This document shows positions 33,499 through 42,571 of a stretch of 42,571 nucleotides of DNA, piece after piece; the first letter of the stretch is position 1; each line of letters opens with the position of its first letter. The notes beneath the pieces are model-generated. The model was not told where the DNA came from. It saw only the letters and a list, made by a program, of their open reading frames with translations, and did no database searches. This stretch comes from Klebsormidium nitens (lineage: Eukaryota; Plantae; Klebsormidiophyceae). The translations under genes and the position numbers were made by a program. The stretch lies in assembly GCA_000708835.1 (NCBI GenBank), contig DF237647.1:1-42571 (forward strand). Reading direction: 5' to 3'.

Positions 33499-36363
33499 CT
33501 AATCCTGCTTGGGAGGCCGGTTGCCGCCCACACCTTGGACGTAAAGGTAGAAGAGCGTCATGACTGCGCTGATCAGGCCCACCAGTCCTGCATGGGCAAG
33601 GCCAACGGACGTCAAGAGCCTATACAACGAGATTAGACCAAGAAAGACTGATAGAGTTTCAATAGTTAAACGGAGAAACAGAAAGACTCGAAGACCATGT
33701 CGCCCATGTCTGTCGCATTCTGAACGGAACTTGCACATGACCCAGACAGCTATGACTTAATCCAAACCGGGGAGGTGCGACTTCTTTCCGAGTTTGAAGT
33801 CGGTTTCAACTCGTCAAATAGAATCTTCCAATGCCGGTGAAAGGTTTGACCTTCTCTTGGAGACGAATGTTCGGCGAGACAAAGACCTATTTCTGCATTC
33901 CAGCTGACACGACCCTGAAACGTGCCCACACCCACGACATTGGTGACCACTCAAAACAAGAGCCCTGAAGCAAATTCCAAAAATAATCTCAGCTCTTGAG
34001 ATTATACCAAGGGAGTACCAAGGGAGTACTCCTTGGTACTCCCTTGGCAAGGAGTACCAAGGAGCTTAGGTACTCCTTGCCACAACAGTGTGAACGGGTC
34101 AAGGACCAGACAAGAGCGTAGAGGGATACCAAGCCGTGTGTCACATTCGATATTCTCCGAAAGTTGACCACAGCAGATTAATTTGCCTCTGCCAAATCTC
34201 CAATAATGGTAAGAAAAAAGGACCATAACGACAGTTGTTGCTGTTTCCTAGGTCCTCCCGCAAACCATATCAAGGCAGGCCGCAGGCGAGGCTTCCCAAG
34301 AAGCTCACCGTCCGGGATGCAACCACAGGGCCAGATGACACAGGCAAATTGAGTTGTGCGCAACGAACTCTAGTTGGCAATCTTTTCCAAGAAGTTCTTA
34401 GGTCGAACTCGGACGACAGGTCACATACAACTTACCTGTTGGAATGAAGTCCGCCTCGCCCTTGACATAAGGGTACCCATTGGCAAAGGCCAGGAAGGAC
34501 GAGATGAAGAGCGAGAGCAGGATGTACGGCGTGTTCCTCTGGCCGGCCTTCCAGGTCTGGAAGCTCAGGTAGCTGCACCCCAGAGCAAGACAGTGAGCAC
34601 ACAGACAAAGGTGGGCGGAAGGAGAGTAGAAACGAAGAAAGGAATGCAACCGGAAGGATTCTAGATGTAACACTGTAAGCGATGGTCTGCTCCTGACGAG
34701 AAACCCCATCTGATTGCACCACACCCCCTTAAGCACCTATGATACGAGGAGGCAGTGAACATCAAGACAGGACAACACAACACGGACAAGGAAAGGAGTG
34801 CACTGTAGCGTAACTGCTGTTTGAAGCACATATACACCGAAAAAGAAGGGGCCCACAGGTAAGGCGGTGTAAGGTGGTACCGGGATAACCTTGGAGAAAT
34901 TTGAGCTGTCTACCATGGAATACACGGTGCTGAAGGGCTCAAAGCAGTGCATCTCTTACAAGATATGGAAACAGGCAGACAGGAAAACCAATAGGTGTCG
35001 CAGATTCAGCAGCAGTGTTTCCAACTTGAATGCAAAAGTGTTTCTAAAGTGGGAGTCCCGTGCATCTGACAGAAAGATGGGGCTGCATCAACAGTAGCTC
35101 CCATTGCGTTTTCCAACCTTACCAAGTTTTGAATACGCTTTGTCAGACATCCAAACAAGGCAGCAGGCAGTGACAACTTGTGGTCTGCTTCATAGAACAT
35201 CCATCTATTCTTCAGCACTCCACTTGCTGAAAGTTCTTTCATGTGAACCGACATTTTTAACAAGTCTTTCATTGCTAGTTTGATCATGGGCCGATGTACC
35301 CACCTGAGCGCAGTTTGCAGCACGCCAAGGCCGACACCTGGCAGCAGAGTGGTTGGATCCTTCTCTGCTGCGAACCAGACAAAGCCGCCCAGGAGGAGGA
35401 TGATGCCTGCGAAGGAGAAAGCTAACAAGGTCACCAAGACAGTATCTGACTTTCAACCTGATACTGACTTCCAAGCAGGGGGTTTCCCAGTTTGAAGTAG
35501 GTAAGTGGTGCAATAAATGAGTTGTGGCATTTGTTGGACAGAATTGTCATAAAGCTTCGGTCAGCACTGCTGAGGCCCCTGCCGCAATGGCTGGATGATT
35601 CCACAGCAGCATAGTATTGATAACACTCTCTGCAAGTTGACAAATCATTCAGAGGACAAGCCAACTTGTACCCTACGGATAGCTGATGATGTCGCGCATG
35701 CTCTTGCGACACGGCTTCAAAATGGAGTATCAGCATGCTTTAGCAGCTCCTCCACAAAACATTTGCTTGCCATGTGATTAGTTGTGCTGGCGCTCCAACT
35801 CAAGCTCTGCAGACCATTGAAATGCAAGCAATCTACGGATCTAGTGCTTCTCTCATGCATGCACCTACGTCTTGATTGTACATGCATGTGGATTTGGATG
35901 TGTAAAGAACTTCCTAGACCAATTTTCAATGACTTTGAACCTCGTCCTTCTTCCCCGCCACGTGCTTGCCAGCATTTAAGATGTTCGATGAGAGTCTATC
36001 TACAATGGGGCACGTCATCTCGGAACCAGCGTCAAGCTGCAAATGCCACAAACTTGGAAACATACCATACGGAATGCCGAGGCAGAAGTCGTGAATCACT
36101 GCCCCCTTCTTCGCTGCCGCCCTTGAATGCGCCTTCTTCAGCTCGTCAGCGGCCCCCTTAACCCTCTCCGAAGCTTGCGTCGCAGCTGCTGTTAGCTCCT
36201 CTTTGCCTTTTTGAAGAATCTCCTCTGCCCCTTCCGCAGCATGTGCGACTGTCTCTCCAACCTTCTCCTTGCCCTTCTGGAGAGTGTCTGACACCGCCTT
36301 GGCGGTCTTGTCAAATTCCGTCTCCGCCTCGTGCTTTACATTCTCGCCCTTTGTCGGCGCCAT
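33499..36363 (-). CDS. Fatty-acid export (FAX/TMEM14) family membrane protein, 208 aa, FAX1-like core
   Basis: Exons 36363-36066, 35406-35304, 34572-34436, 33587-33499 (627 nt, in phase). IHDFCLGIPYG, four hydrophobic segments, TW...TPYIL and C-terminal GGNRPPK match the plant FAX1-type TMEM14 pattern. Confidence 0.85.
34007..34082. repeat. Two overlapping palindromes built from an AAGG(G)AGTACC unit, in FAX intron 3
   Basis: CCAAGGGAGTACCAAGGGAGTACTCCTTGGTACTCCCTTGG (34007-34047) is nearly self-complementary. TGGCAAGGAGTACC (34045-34058) and GGTACTCCTTGCCA (34069-34082) form a perfect 14-bp stem. Confidence 0.9.
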
Positions 36364-36582
36364 GATGGAGGTCAATGGAGAACAACCTCACAATTGTTGT
36401 TCGCTTCGAGACAACAAACAAAGATCGGCCGGTTCTCCTATCGCTTCCCTGGCTCCCTTCAGAATCAAACTTCAAAGTGTTGATGGCTAGCTTGACAGCC
36501 CACAGGCACACGCCAAAACCTTGAAGTTCGTCTCAATTGAAGTTGGCCGACCCACTATTGGCTAAGAGCTTTGCCACTTGTA

Positions 36583-36590
36583 CCACGTGG
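36583..36590. promoter_or_regulatory. G-box CCACGTGG upstream of the FAX gene
   Basis: Palindromic CCACGTGG about 220 bp upstream of the FAX ATG, near ATTGG (reverse CCAAT). Motif match only. Confidence 0.35.
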
Positions 36591-37395
36591 CCCTTCCGAG
36601 TTGCATCATTTCCTCGATCGAGGGCAAAGTCATGGTTTGTGCCAGCTGTTTGCGAAATCAAATTGAAGCCTGAGCACTGACAAAGAGCATTGCGATCCGA
36701 GATGGTAACTCTTCATTTATCAACGCCCAGATTTTCCTGAGTCCTGGGTGCTCTCAGACGCCGTCCCTCCCTAATGGACCCTTCGGGCGGACCACCACCC
36801 CGCTCTCTCTCAGACCGATAGAACTTTCGGGAAATTGGATATCTTGTGGGTGAAAGTGTCCAACTGTGGTCCAACTCGTCATCAACGGTCTCGGTGCGGT
36901 CTCGATCGCATCCGATAGCTTCTGAGGAATAAAAGGATTTATTCCTGAGGATGTGTTTTGCGTGTCAGAGAATGTGAATACCGCCAGTATTTTATTTACG
37001 ACTTGGAGCTTTGTTGCGATGGTTACAAATCCCCATGATTCACACTCCGTTCTCCGGACTAATCTTTGCTTCTGAAGTTCCGATAGTCACATTAGAGCCA
37101 TGGAGCACGGTCTCCGGCAGACCCGGGATAGTTTGTTGACTCTACAGCTTGCTACGGCTGTAAGTCATGTCCGGACTCAATCTGACCCTACAAGAGACCT
37201 AACAAAGCTAGAGTCCTTCGATGGACATACCTATGCATTATAGCGACTTGTGGTACCATGCAAGTAAGTTCTATGTCCCACTGAATTCCGACGGCAGATT
37301 AGCTATCCCGAAAATGGCTCTAGGCCTCTTCAGTTACGCGACGAGTGCCTTAAATTTGCCCTTTAATTATGACCAACTACAACAATTTACTACTC

Positions 37396-37960
37396 CTAGC
37401 GGCATTTTTGCCCTTGGTGATGCATTTGTAGAGCAGGTCCCACGCAGGTCCACAATGGTGTCGATTTGGTCACAGGCCCCATCGCTGAACGCATAGTTGC
37501 ACAATTCGCCTTCGCCGTAATGATACGCGTATCACATATCGTGCAACTATGGCTGAACGGCTCTTCCGCGTCCTCGGTAGACGCTAGTGTTGCTGCCGCA
37601 GCTTCCGCAATGGCACGGGTGCGCTGCAGAGCCTTCTCCGTGTGCTCGGTGGTTGTTTCCTCGGTTGTTTTGGTTGCACCCTTGGGGTTTGGGATGCAGT
37701 GCTCGATGACGAGGCCTTTTAAGTTTGTCCATGACGTTCTGCCGGATGGAGAGGTATTCCTCCCAAGCGGCATCGAGGCTCTTACGCGAGCCGAAGCACG
37801 CTCCCCACGTGCGCGCTTTTGCTGGCCGCGCTTGGTGAAGAGGCACCAGGCTGCACTCGGGAGTTGATGGTGTCGCGTTCAAAGCCCGCCGCCAGTAGGG
37901 GTTCCTGGACGTCGATCTTTTATAAACTCGTTGAGGAACCTGTCCGGGGCGCTGGTTTTG
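37396..37960 (-). pseudogene. Possible decayed coding remnant, unidentified
   Basis: GC-rich island with protein-like segments in different minus-strand frames (DVQEPLLAAGFERDTINSRV; SLDAAWEEYLSIRQNVMDKLK; GLVIEHCIPNPK...; HYGEGELCNYAFSDGACDQ), separated by stops or frameshifts. No family recognised. Confidence 0.2.
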
Positions 37961-38898
37961 CTAGATCAGGATGTGAGATCGATGCATCCATTCACTATGA
38001 TAGTGACTAGATCAAATCTGTAGGTAGGTACCTCTTATTGCTTCCACCAGACTTCAGAGGTTTTTGAAAGACGTGTATAAAGACGAATTACAATGTACAG
38101 CTAAGTTTCGGATGAGTTGCTTTGCAATGGGATGTCTGACTGAATTACACAAATGGTCGAGTTCCTTGGCGAGTCGAAAGGGGGTTGCTCACCAATTTGT
38201 CGTTTAGGTAAGACTGCGGTCGAGACTATCATTCAGTCAACTCGATATGTCACATGAAGTCTGCTTGGGATGTCCTAAAATATTGCTTCAGATATACATT
38301 TAATATTGAACACTCATCACAAAGTCTGGGAAGGAGGGTACCTATATTGGAGACATTAACAGCAATCAACAACCTTCACGATCAATCTTCCAGCACACTG
38401 CACCAACAACTCTTGAGGCAAGTTCCGCAAGCCTGGCCGTGAAATTACAAAACTTACAGCGTTAGCCTTATAATTGGAATATCAAAGAGCATCCGGTCCA
38501 AGTTGCACTCCCAATCTCCGACATTCAAAGCCATGCATTACTACATCTATTGTACAAGCTAGGACATTGTTCTATGCAATCTGCACCCCCTAGCCACAAC
38601 AATCTAATGAGTAGTGCTTGAACACATTCCTTATAAAATATCCAGAACTTCTGTAGACTCGCTTGCTTCTCAAAAAGAACTGGCCAACCATTCCTGTTTG
38701 ATGGATTGGCAACAGCCTGCCTACTGTATAGCGGTGACTTCATATCAAACCCACTGTAATTCTCCCTAGACCCAAAACACAGCCTATAGACAGCCCTACA
38801 CGAAACCTCCCGTGTTTGAATTCCAGATTGTCAAACTGCAAAATGTACGCAATCGTGACATACGCGCGAATTACTGGTCATAAGCCAGGACCCAACAA

Positions 38899-41237
38899 CT
38901 ACTCGTGAGGCCGAGCAGACCACAAGGAGCTCAGCGCGCGAAGACGGGAGAAGTAGTCGCCCATGGCAAGTAGTCCTTGGGCAGTTTGCCTTGTGTTGAG
39001 CACCTTAGCCATCTGCTGAAGCATTTGCTGCCTGAGACTGTCAGCCTGCACAAACCACGTAGACCAGGTCAGTGCATACTTGAGGATTACTTCTACCTAC
39101 TTTACAGATTCGAACAATGACCTGTGAACTTCAAACTTGATCACAAGATTGCACATTCTCCGACTGAGGCGCGTTCAACACTGTCACAAAGTGCAAATAG
39201 GATGGGCGAATTCCACAGATGCAGATCTTTTAGAATTCTCCAAACAATTGAGACATTCTCCGCATGAGTTGTCTGTATCAAGTTGTGGCCTCACCTGCCG
39301 GACAAACGTTTCAAGGGCCCCGAGCTTGCCCATCGCGATAGCCATTTGGCCCATGTAGTTGGCCATGTTTGGGACAGTGGAGATGCTGCCAGTGCTGAGG
39401 GTGTCGGCCAGGCTTTGTTGCAAGGCTTCCATGCCCTGGGACAGGGCGTCCTCTGCTTGCTGGCTCTGCTGCTGGAGGTTGCACACGCTCAGGAGTTGGG
39501 ACTCAGTCAGGGGCTCAATCTGGGGGATGAGAATCTGCAAAGAAAAGGGAGAAGGGTAATGCCACAGTTGATGAAGCTTGGTGAAACAACTGCAGGGGAG
39601 CTGTGCGCTGTGTTCAAACTGGGAAGGCATGGGGGCCCTGCTGAAACCACAGGCCTTTCAGAATTTGGCAACCATTTGGGCAGGGGGGAATGTCTGGTGG
39701 GAAGCAAAACCATCACTTCGAATTGGCAACCTGCATGAATGTTAGACGACTTTTAAACTGCTGTAAGGCTGGTAGGATCTGACCAAAGTGCAAGACCGAC
39801 TGTCCTATCAGTACTGAACAGGTGAGAGGCGTCGTTTCGGGGCAAAAGCTCCTGAGGGGCTTAGACTAAGTGCACACAACATCACTTGTCTTCTGACAGA
39901 CGAGTCCGTGCTGAGGGGCATCAAGCCTACTGATGGACAGAGTGAGCGTACCTTGAGCATCTCAGAGGGCCGAAAACCCCCCATCCAAAGGAAGCAGCGC
40001 TCAGCTGGAGTTTTCCAGGTGCCAGACATGAGATGGAAGACATCGGCCTTGGCAGCTTCGCTCTTCAGCCTGAAGATGGTGTCATAGTGCGCCAGACTCT
40101 TGTCCACGAGTTTTTTCAACTCGGCATCTGGGAGATGGTTCTGCAAGTGCAACCAAGTATGGGTTAGAGGAGTGCAACTAGTAAGGATCAGAGGCAGTGA
40201 AGAGATTAGTTCACCAGGAACTAATTCAAAGGCAAATTATATAATTGCAAAGCAGTACCACTCACTGGCTTACATTCAGAGCAGTTCAAGAAGGAAAGGT
40301 GCACTGCAAGATTGAGACAGGACCCAATATAGAATACATGCAGGTTCAACCTGCCCCGACAAAGCACCTAAGAAACAACTCTTCACTGATTCCACACCTG
40401 GTTAGTCAGGAGACAATCCCCTCTACACGGTCCTGTCAAGGAAACAATGGTCAAAGCCCTTGGACAATGAGCGCGGCAAATTACCTGCAGGGCAGTCCGG
40501 GTGTCTGCCAGAGTCCTCTGCTGCTCTTCAACCCATCTGACGTACTCCATGTCAAACGCCGCTACAGCAGGGTTTACTTGGGCCCCATTGACACCTGCTG
40601 CTGCTGTATGTGGCTGGACCCCCTGTCGACGAGCCTGCTGCAGCTCCTCTTCCAACTGCTGCAGCCTGATTCTGCTTGCCTCCAATTGTTGCACGTACGC
40701 CTTCTTGCGCAGCCGAGACTTCCGGGCAGCCTCTCTGTTCTGTGCCAACCGCCGCTCCCGCCCAAAGAAGTCCGAAACTGTCTGAGGCATCTAGAATGAC
40801 AAGGGTCCCAGTCTCAGTTCCCCTTCCCAAACAAGAAGCAAGCTATGCTCAGGCAAGACTTGCTGATCCCCAGGACAGGAGTATTCAAGGCTCTCTTGAC
40901 AAACGAGCATTCATTGTGCAATAAGTTGCAAACCCTTCAATGGCAGTCTGTTTGATGGCAGTCTGTTTGACAGCAACACCCCCACAGAATGCATCATGTC
41001 CTTTGTCTTCAATAAGGTGCTCACCTTATCGCTCTGAGAATCATCTTGCTCATTGTCACTGAGCGTCTCATCCATTGACTGGAGCCTCATATCCGAATCC
41101 ATGACCTTCGACTCCCCAAGGAATGCCCTACTAGCCTCCTGCTGCTGCTGCTGACTTAACAAGCTAATATTACCAAAGATGCTCGAGGAGAACGGGCTGC
41201 TAGCTAACTGCGGCGGCTGTCGCTGAAAGAAGCTCAT
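38899..41237 (-). CDS. TGA: TGA-class (group D) bZIP transcription factor with DOG1 domain, 364 aa
   Basis: Exons 41237-41025, 40790-40485, 40140-39952, 39534-39295, 39045-38899 (1095 nt, all phase 0). Motifs: RRLAQNREAARKSRLRKKAYVQQLE, KADVFHLMSGTWKTPAERCFLWMGGFRPSE, QQAEDALSQGMEALQQSL, RLRALSSLW. Confidence 0.95.
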
Positions 41238-41300
41238 ACTCTCAACCTTGAGTGCTCTTATTGCTTCAATGCTTCGAACAGCTGTCCCTCTGCGGTGCAG

Positions 41301-41948
41301 CTAACCCCAAGCAAGGGAGCATGCGTAGTTGACGACCAACTTCCCCTCCAGGGCAAAGTTGTCAAACAGGTCTGCCACGAGCTCGTCGGGATTGGGCGAG
41401 AATGCACTGTTGATATACACAAACAGAGTGTCCCTGTGAATCTGCTTCCGAAGGAACTCTATAACTTTAGCAAACCTCTCTGCAGCCCCAATCTGCAAGA
41501 CAGGATACAAGAAGCATCAAACATTGTTCACAGATGGGCCCAGAGTATATGAGCTGCCTCGCAATGCCACAATGCCCTCGACTGGAGCTGTCTCAGACCA
41601 CATGATAATAGAACCACTGTAGCCTATGCAGGCATCTTCTGATAAGGGCAACCGACAATGATTGAGAATCTTACCTTAAACTTGCTGACCTTCAAAATAG
41701 GGGCATCCCCAGTTGCTCTAAAGAGGACCACAACTGCAGAATGCAGAAAAGCACATCAACAAACAAACTCCCTGCATCTGAACAAGAGCGCTGATGACAG
41801 ATTTCTCTTGGGCATACACCATTGAAGCCCCAAAAGCTCCAAACTGAGCACGACAAGCCCTCTCCTTCCAAACTAGCCCACCCTGCTCCACTGCCAACGA
41901 ACGTTCAATGCTCTCACCCTTCTTGCTTTGGGCCGCCTCCACCTGCAT
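41301..41948 (-). CDS. ATG12: Autophagy ubiquitin-like protein ATG12, 93 aa
   Basis: Exons 41948-41918, 41733-41675, 41492-41301 give [93 protein letters not shown], ending in the conjugation Gly. The first exon is the least certain. Confidence 0.93.
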
Positions 41949-42571
41949 GGCCAAAGTCCACGAGCGTCCAACTTCCTTGCCCGTCCAGTCAGCGCAACAG
42001 CCCGGGCCCCAGCTCAGCTGTTTTGAAAGGCTAGGAACCAGATTCAGAGGAGGCGGACGCTCTCGCTCGCATGAAACTTGAAAGCTGTCCACCTGGTAGC
42101 TGCGTGAGATCTTGAGATGATGACCGAATCAATTGCGTGCTTGTGTCAGGGGAGTTGCTTCTGACTTCAGTCACGGCCGGGCGCCCCCGTACAGCCAGCG
42201 TCGGTGCTTGTACACGTCCTCCATCTTCGACGTGCGAACCGTCACATACGTACCCTGAGGGGTTAAGGAACCCACCCACGCCTACGTCAGCTTTGACTCC
42301 GCCGACCGCCAGTACTACCTGCCGGGACTTCAAGTTCCAGTGCGCCGCTTCCCTCGATCTGCGTCCTGTGCATGGAGAAGGCACCCGATCGCCGACTTGT
42401 GAAACTAGATGCGGTTATGCCCTAACTAACATCTGAAGCACAAACCGTGTTTACCTGATGGTCACTTCGTATTAATGAACGCGTGCACACCCAGGTGCAT
42501 AGCGCAATGGTACCTACCTACCTCCACTGGAGGTGCCGGGCTTGCCGGGTGCCGTCCGTCGGCCTACCTCA

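Noticed and set aside
40940-40969. 15-bp tandem duplication ATGGCAGTCTGTTTG in TGA intron 1
   Set aside because: It is a two-copy intronic slippage product with no sign of function.
41718-42092. 124-aa ORF upstream of ATG12
   Set aside because: Only [10 protein letters not shown] is used, as ATG12 exon 1. The rest is probable 5' UTR and intron with no domain signal.
1-42571. CRISPR arrays, tRNA/rRNA genes, autonomous transposases, prokaryotic operons
   Set aside because: None were recognised by eye. No repeat-spacer periodicity or DDE/RT motifs were seen. A covariance-model search (tRNAscan-SE, Rfam) was not run, so small ncRNAs cannot be excluded.

Overview
This is intron-rich eukaryotic DNA from a green plant lineage. 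The gene set (LIG6, TGA/DOG1 bZIP, FAX) and intron style suggest a streptophyte alga such as Klebsormidium, which is an inference. Joining the ORF fragments by hand across splice sites, with exon phases checked, gives seven genes: a small divergent two-repeat MYB (+, 2781-~4275); an 11-exon, 670-aa sulfite oxidase with a degenerate SDR/Rossmann-like N-terminal domain (-, 12881-6384); a 16-exon, 1903-aa DNA ligase 6 (-, 26223-14079); an ACSF2-like acyl-CoA synthetase (+, 27298-32250); a FAX/TMEM14 protein (-, 36363-33499); a TGA bZIP factor (-, 41237-38899); and ATG12 (-, 41948-41301). The first ~2.2 kb holds MITE-like elements. The two strongest leads are the pseudo-SDR::sulfite oxidase fusion and the ATG12-TGA pair, which lie in one reading frame separated only by a single TAG and 21 sense codons. 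Other leads include a perfect 27-bp-arm hairpin in a divergent promoter and a triplicated exon end in a LIG6 intron. All gene models are manual and lack transcript support.
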